DNA of 64,000 nt from positions 1 through 64,000 of the IMG/VR virus record IMGVR_UViG_3300037042_003533; one strand, 5' to 3'. A model generated the notes under the pieces. The model made no database searches and was not told the DNA's origin. It was given only the letters and a program-made list of their open reading frames with translations. Shown here piece by piece: positions 46,971 through 57,180 of the stretch (positions are counted from its first letter, which is position 1; each line of letters opens with the position of its first letter). The translations under genes and the position numbers were made by a program. This DNA is from a virus.

Positions 46971-48362
46971 ATGGCTGAAGGTTCTGCTTATTGGGAAGGT
47001 GTAACCACAGGGGATGCAGGAACTTCGGCTGTTTGGGATGCTCCTTATACACATTCGGAATGGTCAAGCATTAAAAATTATCTTCTCGCTAATAGTGGAG
47101 AAGGTGGGTTTGTCCTTCCGGGGTACAACAATAACTTAGTAGTATTAGCATCAGCTCCTGGTGCTATGACAGTTGAAGTTGGGTCGGGAGCGATGTTTTC
47201 CCAAGGCAGAATTTACGAAAACACCACTACCCTAGTATTAAATATAGCTGCAAATACTTCGGGTTACAATCGAATAGACCGGATTGTTGTACGAACTACA
47301 TTTGCTTCTCAAACAATCCGAACGGTAGTAATAGAAGGAACTCCTGCTGTAGTTCCGGCCTTGCCCGCTTTGGTTGATTCAATCACTTACTATGATGTAC
47401 CCTTGGCCTATGTTTGGGTAGATAACGCGGCAGTTGCAATAGCAGACACAGCAATTCATGACGAGCGATTGTTTGCAAGTAATCATCTATCTTTGAATAG
47501 CTACTATGATAAATCAAACCTTCTTAAAAACTCTGAGTTCATGGCATTTAGCCAACTAAATGGGGGGGCTACCACCAATCCACCAGAGTGCTGGGATTTG
47601 GTTGGTACACCATCCGATATTGCTTCTTACTCACGACCTTACCAAATGAGTCGGGGGCGAGCAGTACAAGTAACAGCCGATGGAGCCTCAGAAGGTATAT
47701 CCCAGACAGTTACAGTGAAGCCCTCGACTCCTTACGCGATAAGACTGCTTACCAGAGGAACTTCAGGAGATGTTGGACTTATTTCAGTTACAACTAACTC
47801 AGGGGCCCCAGGCACAATTTCCAGATATACTAGGAGATCAGATTCTTGGGTGGAAGAAACCCTTGTCTACATAACTGAAGCTGATGCTTCAACACTAACA
47901 GTAAGTTTGCTTGCTCTTAATAGTGGGGATATTATTCGCTACGGTCAGGTAATTCTTGTGGAAGGTTATATCTCAGGGCCGTACAGAAAATGTCACGAGA
48001 AAATAGAATTCACTGAAGCTGTTACAGACTTCTTTTGGACTGTTTCCACTCGCGCAAATTATATATATACCGTGGATTTAACTACAGAATTTCAGGGGAT
48101 AATACTAGAAAACACCAAAGGGATTCTTGTGCAGCTATCTGGCTATGATGCAGTTGCCGCCGACAGCACTATATATGTAGGTCTAGGGCAAGCTACTGTC
48201 TCAACTGCTAACGTAGCAGAAAATATAACATTATACTCTACAGCTTGGGTGGGACTACAGACAAATGATGTTTCTGATTATCACACGTTCTATGTTTTTA
48301 GTTACTCTAACCCTGTATCCTCTTTTCGTATTACTATCAAAATATTAGGGATTGTGATCTAA
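46971..48362 (+). CDS. Receptor-binding/baseplate protein 2 (paralog)
   Basis: Same anchor and NLLKNSEF CBM-like domain. Confidence 0.8.
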   Translation: MAEGSAYWEGVTTGDAGTSAVWDAPYTHSEWSSIKNYLLANSGEGGFVLPGYNNNLVVLASAPGAMTVEVGSGAMFSQGRIYENTTTLVLNIAANTSGYNRIDRIVVRTTFASQTIRTVVIEGTPAVVPALPALVDSITYYDVPLAYVWVDNAAVAIADTAIHDERLFASNHLSLNSYYDKSNLLKNSEFMAFSQLNGGATTNPPECWDLVGTPSDIASYSRPYQMSRGRAVQVTADGASEGISQTVTVKPSTPYAIRLLTRGTSGDVGLISVTTNSGAPGTISRYTRRSDSWVEETLVYITEADASTLTVSLLALNSGDIIRYGQVILVEGYISGPYRKCHEKIEFTEAVTDFFWTVSTRANYIYTVDLTTEFQGIILENTKGILVQLSGYDAVAADSTIYVGLGQATVSTANVAENITLYSTAWVGLQTNDVSDYHTFYVFSYSNPVSSFRITIKILGIVI

Positions 48363-49723
48363 TGTCTGAAAATTCTGCCTTCTGGGATGGTATTGCTGTA
48401 GGAGATGCTGCTTCAGGAACAGGCTGGAAAGCAAAATACTCTAGTTCTAATATGAGTGATATTCTGTCTAAGGTTTTATCTAATGATAGTATATCGGGAT
48501 ATGTTGTTCCTGAGTACGAAGACGAGCTAATGGTGCAGAGTAGCACACCTTATAGCATGAATGTTGTTGTTGGGGTAGGAAAAGCTCTTGTTAGCGGCAG
48601 GATTTATGCCAATACAGCTAATAAAACACTAGCTTTAGCCCCTAACGTTTCAGGTCAGGCTCGTTTAGATAGGGTTGTTTTACAAGTTGCCATAGCTCCT
48701 CAAACTTGCCGTCTTATTATACTAGAAGGAACACCGGGGGCTCCTCCTGTCCTCCCAACATTAACCCAAGATGCTAATATATTTGAGGTTCCCCTAGCCT
48801 ATGTTTGGGTTCCTGCGGCGGCTGCTAATGTAGTAGATGCTGATATACACGATGAGAGATACTTCTTACAAACATTCTCAACCCTAAATAAGTATGCGGG
48901 AGCAGACACAGAAATTTGCAACTCTGAGTACATGATCACAGATAGGCTTGCCGCAGCAGGCCCTAAATATTACTACTACCCTACAAATTGGATTGGTGAT
49001 ACCAAAACAGAAGCTATTTATAGTGCTGCTCCATCTCAAATGACGAGAGGGAGGGCCATAACTTTAACAGCCATAACAACTTCTACTACAGGTATCTACC
49101 AAGACTTCCCAATAAAAGCTAGTACCCACTATGCAATCAAAGTTTTAGTCAAAGTAGCCATAGGTTCAGTCGGTTATATTACTGTAACTACAAACTCCTC
49201 TTCCCCAGTTACTATAACCAAGACTATCCGAAGAACAAATCTGTGGATAGAAGAAACAATCTACTATACTTCCGAATATGATTCTTCTAATATGACTATA
49301 GCATTTTATCTCCCGGCTGTTAATGGACAGGTAATGTATGCTGGGCAAGTTTTAGCTGTAGAAGGGTATCATCCTGGGCCTTTTCGACCGATACACGAAA
49401 CTATCTTGTGTAGTTCAGAAATGGCATTCCATATAGACTTGCCTGGTTCTCATAGCTCCTCAACCGACACAGAAGATTGGAGTACAGTGTTTCCGGGGGC
49501 CAAAAGTCTTTTCCTACGGTCAAGTGCTGATGATACCTTAGACACAACAGGAGCCTTTTACAAACAATATGGTGGAACAGATGTATGGGTTGGTTGTGTG
49601 GGGGGTAGATCGCACAACAACGGCGAGATAGCCTTGATTGACAACAAATATGATGTAGAATATGTTGCTTCAGGGGTAAACACTATTTCAGCCTACTTGT
49701 ACATAGACGGGATTCAAACATGA
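48362..49723 (+). CDS. Receptor-binding/baseplate protein 3 (paralog)
   Basis: Same anchor; QMTRGRA and GPFR motifs. Confidence 0.8.
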   Translation: MSENSAFWDGIAVGDAASGTGWKAKYSSSNMSDILSKVLSNDSISGYVVPEYEDELMVQSSTPYSMNVVVGVGKALVSGRIYANTANKTLALAPNVSGQARLDRVVLQVAIAPQTCRLIILEGTPGAPPVLPTLTQDANIFEVPLAYVWVPAAAANVVDADIHDERYFLQTFSTLNKYAGADTEICNSEYMITDRLAAAGPKYYYYPTNWIGDTKTEAIYSAAPSQMTRGRAITLTAITTSTTGIYQDFPIKASTHYAIKVLVKVAIGSVGYITVTTNSSSPVTITKTIRRTNLWIEETIYYTSEYDSSNMTIAFYLPAVNGQVMYAGQVLAVEGYHPGPFRPIHETILCSSEMAFHIDLPGSHSSSTDTEDWSTVFPGAKSLFLRSSADDTLDTTGAFYKQYGGTDVWVGCVGGRSHNNGEIALIDNKYDVEYVASGVNTISAYLYIDGIQT

Positions 49724-50856
49724 GTGCTCTCTACGAGATTACTTTCTATGATGAAAACCTGGTTCCTCAAGGTATTCTGCAAGGCTGGGAATATTTGGAA
49801 CTTACCCAACGAGTTAACTCTCCTTGGAATATAAATATACGCTTAAAAACTAGCAACAGTAGTACCATGACCAGTTTTTTACGTAACACCGACGGCATGG
49901 TGGACTGGATATTCCTTGTTCGAAGAATAGACCCAGTTGCAAATATTAGTCATCTTGTTTATGAGGGGTTCAATCGTACTGTAGTAGATCAGTTTGATAG
50001 CCATGGTAACATTATCTTCAATTTATATGGGGTGGGATTCACAGAATTACTGCAAAGACGGATAGTTGTTCCTCCCACAGGATCAGAGACACTGGTGTAT
50101 TCTGGGTATGCGGAAACTGCTATGAAAGATTTTGTAAACTCACAGTGTATTAACCCGGCTGATCTTGCTAGAAGGGTGCCGGGGCTTACAAATGAAGTTA
50201 ATAGCTCAACAGGGAATCCTGTGACTTACTCTGCCCGTTATACAGTTTTAGGAACTGTAATAAACAAATGTGCAGTAGACGGCGAGGTAGATTATGGGAT
50301 TGTCGGGGGTGATCCTGCTGTTGGAGGAACAGTAGGTGACCTTGAGTTTCAGGTTAGACCCACATGGGGGACAGATAAGCGAGTCGGAAACACCTTTGGC
50401 AACATCCCCACCATATTTGATGCTAGTTATAACAACATGGCTATCCCCATATACTCTGTAAACTCATCGGGGGAGAAAAACTACGTATATGTAGGGGGGC
50501 AGGGCCAAGGTGTTGATAGAATTATCAGACAAAATAGCAATGTAGATGGATTAGCAAAATCCCCTTGGAACAGACGAGAGGACTTTGCTGACGCTAGACT
50601 CGAAAATACAACTTCTGCCCTCGATCTGTATGCTTCTGATTTGCTGAATACTTACAAAATAAAACGATCCCTGACATTTAATGTCATTCAAACTATAGGC
50701 ACTCGTTGGGGGGTTAATTGGAACTTGGGAGATATTATCACCTCCCGATATTATGAAGTTCAGACAGACCAAAAAATTGTGGAAATAACTGCTAGAATAA
50801 GTCCTAACCAGAACACCGAAACAATTTCTGCCGAGTTCGAGCAACTAGAGGTATAA
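49720..50856 (+). CDS. Baseplate hub/Tal-like protein (ReqiPepy6 gp37-like)
   Basis: L.RRIV, N.VYVGGQGQG..R, RRE.F.DAR, WNLGDIIT. Confidence 0.85.
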   Translation: MSALYEITFYDENLVPQGILQGWEYLELTQRVNSPWNINIRLKTSNSSTMTSFLRNTDGMVDWIFLVRRIDPVANISHLVYEGFNRTVVDQFDSHGNIIFNLYGVGFTELLQRRIVVPPTGSETLVYSGYAETAMKDFVNSQCINPADLARRVPGLTNEVNSSTGNPVTYSARYTVLGTVINKCAVDGEVDYGIVGGDPAVGGTVGDLEFQVRPTWGTDKRVGNTFGNIPTIFDASYNNMAIPIYSVNSSGEKNYVYVGGQGQGVDRIIRQNSNVDGLAKSPWNRREDFADARLENTTSALDLYASDLLNTYKIKRSLTFNVIQTIGTRWGVNWNLGDIITSRYYEVQTDQKIVEITARISPNQNTETISAEFEQLEV

Positions 50857-50857
50857 T

Positions 50858-51367
50858 ATGTCTCAGGAAAGAGAAGTTAAAGGGATACTTCAATCCCTAA
50901 ACAAAACCCCGGCTGAGCTTGAAAAACGTCTTGCCTACTTAGAGAAGGCTGAGTATTCAAAACTTAACTACTATGCAGCTATTTACTTAGCAGTAGGACA
51001 AATATTAGATACCACTGCTGGACTAACTATAATTCCAAGTATGACCTCCACTTATCTGAAGGGGTTTACACTAGCTTCTTCGGCTCTAACCTGCACAGAA
51101 GCTGGGGTGTATGTGCTAAATTACAGCATAAGTGTTTCTACAGCAGTCAGCACTACTTTGGCTAGTCTTGTGTACAAAACTGGAGTTTTTGCCCCTGGAA
51201 GCTATATGCAGCTTAATGCTGCTGCGTCGGCCATTAGTGTTTTATCAGCTCCCTTAATTGTATCTTTGGAAGTTGGTGACACAATCAGCTTAATGATGGA
51301 TTCTACCCCTAACAATATTGTAGTGGGGCAAGCTTCCTTGGTTCTAAACCGTGTTGGTGATAACTAG
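50858..51367 (+). CDS. Tail fibre-like protein with C1q/BclA-C-like domain
   Basis: LEKRL..LE coil; T..EAGVY.LNYS..L.VGD.I.L. Confidence 0.65.
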   Translation: MSQEREVKGILQSLNKTPAELEKRLAYLEKAEYSKLNYYAAIYLAVGQILDTTAGLTIIPSMTSTYLKGFTLASSALTCTEAGVYVLNYSISVSTAVSTTLASLVYKTGVFAPGSYMQLNAAASAISVLSAPLIVSLEVGDTISLMMDSTPNNIVVGQASLVLNRVGDN

Positions 51368-51402
51368 CTTATAATACAGGAAAAGAATAATTTTCAAATA
51401 AT

Positions 51403-51435
51403 AAGAGGAGGGCTGAACTAACAGCGCCTCCTCTT
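51403..51435. terminator. Hairpin between convergent arms, probable bidirectional terminator
   Basis: AAGAGGAGG-GCTG..CAGC-G-CCTCCTCTT. Confidence 0.75.
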
Positions 51436-51589
51436 TACCATATAAACACCAGTCTGTGCCAGTAGATGGCTCTACTACTGTGAGATCATCCTGCAAGGCA
51501 TTGTAGATGATCAATGCGTGCTGAGGCTCTTCCAAGACATCAATTTTCGAGCATGAGGGAAAGTCCCAAAAAGATTCTTTCATGACCAA

Positions 51590-51618
51590 AGTATACTAAA
51601 CTTTACCTGGTTTGTCAA
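51590..51618 (-). promoter_or_regulatory. Consensus sigma70 promoter at the end of the RuvC gene
   Basis: TTGACA-17bp-TATACT on - strand. Confidence 0.85.
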
Positions 51619-52084
51619 GATTGCCCCAGTCCAGTGTTTTTGCTACACCAAACCCCCATATACCAACAGCTATCGCGTCACATTCATCCTCTGACAGCTT
51701 CTCATCAGGCAGAATCATAGTTGCTAAGTTTCTGATGTGTAGTTTACGACCTTTGTGGGTGATCCCACAAGCAGAATCTATGGCAGTTGTCATCCCAGCA
51801 AATGTCCTGGGGCCTATTACTGAGCACCAACCTTCAACCCAGCCAACAAGCCACTTTGTTTGGCCGAAGTTTCGAATGTTTTTGCCATAGTAGCAATCTT
51901 CAATAGCAACCCAATCGGGAGCAATCTCCCGAAGCCATTCCGTGGTCTTGTGAGCCATCTCTAAGGGGGTTTTTGCTGTGTACACACAATGATACACAGG
52001 CTCTTCATCATGCCAGACCACTAGCCCCGTATGAGTTGGGGCTAGGTCTAGGCTTACTCCGATTGTGGTCATCTGCTCTCCCAC
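51596..52084 (-). CDS. RuvC-like Holliday junction resolvase
   Basis: SLDLA..TG, VAIED, DECDAIAVG acidic catalytic residues. Confidence 0.85.
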   Translation of the reverse strand: MGEQMTTIGVSLDLAPTHTGLVVWHDEEPVYHCVYTAKTPLEMAHKTTEWLREIAPDWVAIEDCYYGKNIRNFGQTKWLVGWVEGWCSVIGPRTFAGMTTAIDSACGITHKGRKLHIRNLATMILPDEKLSEDECDAIAVGIWGFGVAKTLDWGNLDKPGKV

Positions 52085-54352
52085 TGACCCGGTAGCGGTA
52101 TAGCCTCACTAACGGGGGGATAGATAAGACCATCTTTTGTCTCAATTTTTATAAGGCTACAATCTTTTGACAAAGTTCTCTCTTTGATAAATGTTATTGG
52201 GTCAGTAATGTTTGTTCTCACCTCTTTAACTAAGTACCCAAGTACACAATATGGATCACCATATTCCTCTTCGAACGCTAATAGACAACAATCATCGCAA
52301 GCTTTATAAGTGATCATTTTACTTTCCTTGTACTGTCTACCATCCCATACACCATAGGGTACACAGCAAACAATGTTGTAAACACAGCACAACTAAAACT
52401 TTCCTCCACTGTTATTGGGAGAGAAAATATTCTAACAACAAGAAATATAATTGTTGTAATGACAGCAACTATTCCTAAGTTAAGAACCAGCATTCCGAGG
52501 GCTGTTTTGTAGCTCATGTTTTAATAACTCCCACAGTTTTATACTTCCCAAAGTGATCTGGGTCAGAAATCTCAATCTTTGTTGAATCTTCTTCTTGTTT
52601 TTCTGTTACTTCTTGATCGGTCATCCTATTATGAAATTTCTTTATCTGCTTCGCTGTTTTTATCCCCAAGTCCTCTACCAACTCCCAGAAATTACCACAC
52701 AGCTCTTCATGTACACATATAAGATCAGCAGTGCCCTTGAATTTTACTACTAAATTTCTGCCTGTGCTAGTATCTTGAGATAAACGAGCCCATACTATTT
52801 CATCTTTGTTGATTATAACTTCAGTAAGATTATCAACCATTTCTCTCCCTTTTCCTAATGTCCTATAACACTTATTCTAGTAGCGAGCGTTAGGGTTAAA
52901 AACTTCTAAACAATCTTCCTTAGAAATTTCCAGCCCCTCTAAAAAATCTTTTAGAGAAAAGGATTCTTGACCAAGCATAAACCCGCTATCATGTGTGCCT
53001 TCTACCAAGATTCTCTTAGTCTGTTGATCATAATCTATTAGGATATGATCTTGGTATTTAGTTCCTTTTGGTATATAAAGTCTAGACATCTCTCCCTACT
53101 TTCTCAAGAGCTTTTCTGGCAATTTCTCTCATGTAGTCACGTTCCCCATTGGACCCATACAGAGTACCATAACTAATAGGATCACCGCTGGGCCAAGTTT
53201 CCCCTGTCTCAGGAAACTCTCCAAACCACTTTGTAATACATCGAAGAGCTTCTACCAAGATAGTTTCGTTGGTCATTTCAAATCCTTTCTAAGACTGAGC
53301 GTTAGAGTTATTTGTTTCAAAATAACTCGCTATAAAATCAGGGTAGGATTCTAACCATCTTCCGTAACAACCATTACCTGAGCAAAAATTGTAGTAATGA
53401 TCCGCCCCGTCTTGGTCAGTATACAAAACACCACACCAACCAATAGGCAAAAGTATGTTTTGAGTCTTACACCCAGATTCAGTTATGAAATACCGGGCAG
53501 GCTCAACCAGTCTACAACCATCACAAATTATTTTAACTGACATCTCTCCCTGCTTTCTAATAGTCAAATTTGTTCGGGCTGAAAACCCACAAAAGATACA
53601 AGGCACCTAAACCTATAGTTAGTCCATGAACAAATCTTTCCCAAGTTAATTTTCTGTCTCGAATAACCTCCATAATAATCCAACCCACCATAAAAGCTGT
53701 AAGCTAAGTTAGCGCCTTCATTTCAAATCCTCTCCATCCTCAACTTCAATCTCGTTCTCTTCATCGGGGGGTCGCAGTAACCACAAGTCCAGACAATCCC
53801 CCAATTCACGATCATGGAAGTGTCCTCTGTCTGAAAAATACATATTCCCGTCTGAGGGATTAACAATTTCTTCCAGACAATAATCACAGAATATTTTAAT
53901 CATTTCAAATCCTTTCTAATGATGCCATCCATTATGTAACTTAGCCTCAATCCATATTTCCAGCCGTCTGAGCCAGGACTTTGGTTGAATTAAAAATCCC
54001 TGAGCTACTTCATAAGTACTCCCATCTACACTAACAATCACATGATAGCGTGTGCCAGCCTCTAGGGTTTCAACCACTTTACCGGAGGGGTAGCCGTTTT
54101 TATCTGTTTCAACATGACCGTGTAGTTTATCCAACATCAAAACCCACCTTTCTTCTCTTTATCATACTCCACTACGATCTGCCAAAACCTATCAATTATT
54201 TTCTCTAGCTCTTTGGCATCCTTAGAACTCATGCAGGGAGCAACCCGCTGGTCATGCAGGTTCAGCAGCGCCCGCAGGTAAGGAATGGTAGCCCGCATCA
54301 GTTCGATGCTGTCTTCGCTCATTCTCCCCACCCTAAATATAGCGTGCCCCAA
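52069..54352 (-). other. Second array of small ORFs with the same junction motifs
   Basis: AGAAAG(T/C)AGGGAGAG, TAGAAAGGATTTGAAATG and CTAACGCT motifs at gene junctions. Confidence 0.8.
53557..53721 (-). pseudogene. Small membrane-protein gene with in-frame TAG at codon 6
   Basis: MKALT*LTAFMVGWII..FDY; RBS motif before ATG 53721; TAG at 53704-53706. Confidence 0.5.
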
Positions 54353-54909
54353 ACATTATCCCCTGTCAAGTAAGCTGCTACCTCTTTGCATTCAGTGCTG
54401 ACGTACAGTGCTGGAGGGGGGTCAAGACAAACCCAAACATCTTTCTGGGGATAGACATATAACAAGCTGTAAACCTTAACCAACTCCCCTTCCTTAATCT
54501 GCCTTATTACAGGACAAACATTCCCAACTGCCGCACACTTACGCACGTTACGTAAGCTGTTCGGAACATAGATACCCTCGTAGTCCTGAGCAAGAAGCCC
54601 GCTGGTTTGTTCTGTTGGGTATCCACCTAAAGGTGTTGCCTCTATAATGGACAAGGTAGTTATCTGGGTCGGCGTAGGCCCTGGGAAAGGTATCTCTGTG
54701 GGAGTCACTGTGGTAGTAGGCATATCAGTTGCTGTCGGTACCACCACAGGCTCAGGAGAAGGTGTGGTAGTAAGTATGGGGGCCTGAGTAGGCTCCTGGG
54801 TCTGGGTAGCAGACGGAGTCTGGGTAGCAACTGGCTCTACAGGGATATAGTTTAGGTTACAAGCCCCCAACACGATTATTATAATCAGGATTAGTATTTT
54901 ATTCTTCAA
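54319..54909 (-). CDS. Lipoprotein with Thr/Pro-rich linker and SH3b-like domain (start reassigned to TTG 54909)
   Basis: GGAAGGTG RBS, KNKILILIIIIVLGAC lipobox, TP tract, RNVR..C..I..GE.V.V. Confidence 0.7.
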   Translation of the reverse strand: MKNKILILIIIIVLGACNLNYIPVEPVATQTPSATQTQEPTQAPILTTTPSPEPVVVPTATDMPTTTVTPTEIPFPGPTPTQITTLSIIEATPLGGYPTEQTSGLLAQDYEGIYVPNSLRNVRKCAAVGNVCPVIRQIKEGELVKVYSLLYVYPQKDVWVCLDPPPALYVSTECKEVAAYLTGDNVWGTLYLGWGE

Positions 54910-55118
54910 AATCACCTTCCTCGGCCCACAAAGGTTTGGTTGTGTCAACTTCACTCTCATCCAGTACCTTGTGATTCCGCGCATCCTGTGCGATATGTTC
55001 AATGTCCACCAGCAATTCCTCCAAGTCTGAGGAGGATAGTACAACTGGACTAAGGGTAAAGGCCACAGGCACACCTTTGTTGTAATAGACCTCGCGAACG
55101 CTATAAGTAATTTTGTTG

Positions 55119-55681
55119 TCAACGTTCTGACGTAAGACTCTGTAATTCCACACTGTTTGGGTCCTCCAAATATTTAAGATACTCTTCATCGGCAAACTGT
55201 TTCAATGCTTCTCTCACATCTTTAAGTGTAGCACATAAAGCACAATTTGTGCCAACCAATTCCCTCTTCTCACCTCGATAGGACACAAGCACCTCAGCAC
55301 ATCTTATGAAAGGCTGGGCTTCAATATACCAGGCAACTATTCTACCCTTCTTGGAGCTGTGAAAGACCTTGCAGCCATCATCCAGGTAAAATAGTGTCAG
55401 ATAGTAGTCTAGTTGCATGAGTCAAAGTATCCCATCAGTTCTGTTTCTGTAAATTGATCCAGCGATTGAACTAAGTCATATTTGCTGTGGCAAAAACTAG
55501 AGTTAGTTCCTAATTCCCGGTCATTCTTATTGTAAACTACCTCTAGGTTGACCCACATGAAATTTTCCCCGCATAAACTTAGGACTCTTCTGCGTTTTCG
55601 GGTGTAGAAGGTCATAACGGGCATGGTGGCATCTTTTTGTAAATCTACCCGAAAGATCGCCTTGATATTGTTTAGTATCAT
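55119..55681 (-). other. Two tandem paralogous hypothetical genes
   Basis: Both carry V.Y...REL.GTN...C....D....L.QF...E...Y.D. Confidence 0.65.
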
Positions 55682-56584
55682 TCTTCCCCCATCTCTAACA
55701 CATGAAAAACACAAGCATCACAATCACAGCCTATTTCCAGCCGTGCCTCATCCTGTGCCTCATCCCAAGTGACCCAAGACCCATTAAGCTTAAAGACCTT
55801 AACAACGTCTGGGCAACATCGGTCTGCTTCTGATCTAGTGGTATAAATATCTCCACAGACATTACACATATATCTACATGCAGGTGTCATCTTGTTCTCC
55901 TATGCTACTTGAATTACATCCCCCTGGTACCAAGGAGTGTGAATATAAGTAACAGAAACTTTATCAATCCCATTAGGGTAGTGTGGTAGTTCATCATCTG
56001 GATAGACTACTTCTAAGTTTCCGTGAATTACTTCTAGTTCTTGCAGATGTATGATCAGTTCTGATACGTTCATTTATTTTCCCCTCCCCTTAACCCATTC
56101 TATAAGTTCCTTGTCTAAGTCGTCACCCCAATCTATTGCATCTTGCAATAGATCATTAAAATCTTGTGGAAATACTTTCCCATATAAGATGGTGTGACCA
56201 ATGAAGGGAGTATTCTCGAAACATCCCCAATGATCTGTTAATTCAATTGACACACTAAAACCGCCTTCAGACTTTATTATAAAGTCCCATTGTCTGTTTA
56301 TTCTCTGAATCTTTCTATCAAAGTTCATTTATCTCTCCTCTTCCATGTCCGCTCTAATTGTCCACACTAACTCACATACAAGTTTCCCGGTTTCTTCTGC
56401 ATCCCAAAAATCAAATTTAGGCGTGCAAGGCAAATCCTGAAGTGAGGGGGTTTTGGAAACTTCAGTCAATAATGCTCTCTTAATATCTTCTTGATTAAAA
56501 GTTACAGTAACTTTCTTGAGTCCAACGAACTCTTTTTCTATCTCCATTTAATCCTCTAGCTTTCTATAAGGCAAATTCTAATAC

Positions 56585-56968
56585 CTAGCCTTCGGTCTTG
56601 GGCATTATTCCATAGGCTAGATAACCAAAACGATTATCATCACTCATATCTGATTTCCGTAGCACTGCCCCCCCATTGATGTCTACACACTTTATAGTGT
56701 CAGCCAAAAACGGGAAAAGCCACAAGGGGATCAGAAATATTGGATCATCTGACCATAACCCAAAACCGAGTATCTGCATTTCATCTTTAGTTAACTCTGC
56801 TGGGTTGATGTCCCTGTACCAATCAGACCCCTTTATGCGTGCTGGAAGGTCTCGAATTTGTGAAACAGAAAAAGACTCAGACCATGAAGAGTAATTCATA
56901 ACTTCCGCTGTGGTCGATAGAATAACCAACTTAATGTGCTTGGCAATCTCAAATGTACTTTCCATCAC
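56585..56968 (-). CDS. Conserved phage hypothetical protein
   Basis: LT..E...LGF..W, LIPLWL, D.D.RFG.LAYG. Confidence 0.7.
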   Translation of the reverse strand: MMESTFEIAKHIKLVILSTTAEVMNYSSWSESFSVSQIRDLPARIKGSDWYRDINPAELTKDEMQILGFGLWSDDPIFLIPLWLFPFLADTIKCVDINGGAVLRKSDMSDDNRFGYLAYGIMPKTEG

Positions 56969-57180
56969 TTTATCTCCTTATGAATTTAATCTTACCTTCG
57001 GCAATAGCTTTTAGCAGACCTATATACAAAATTTGTGTTGCTACAGCGCTTATGGTAGCAGCTAATTCAGAAGACTCTGCTTTGGAAGCAATCTTAATTA
57101 TGTTGTTCATCTCAAGATTAAGAAAGGCTGTTAAAAATTCTGACCTATCTGTTGGGCCGTGTAGAATAAGATCTTCTAAG

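Noticed and set aside
44591-49723. Diversity-generating retroelement acting on the tail proteins
   Set aside because: No reverse transcriptase and no adenine-specific template/variable repeat pair seen in the window
54910-55122. Long N-terminus of the 267-aa ORF
   Set aside because: It overlaps gene 54899..55195; RBS and signal peptide support TTG 54909
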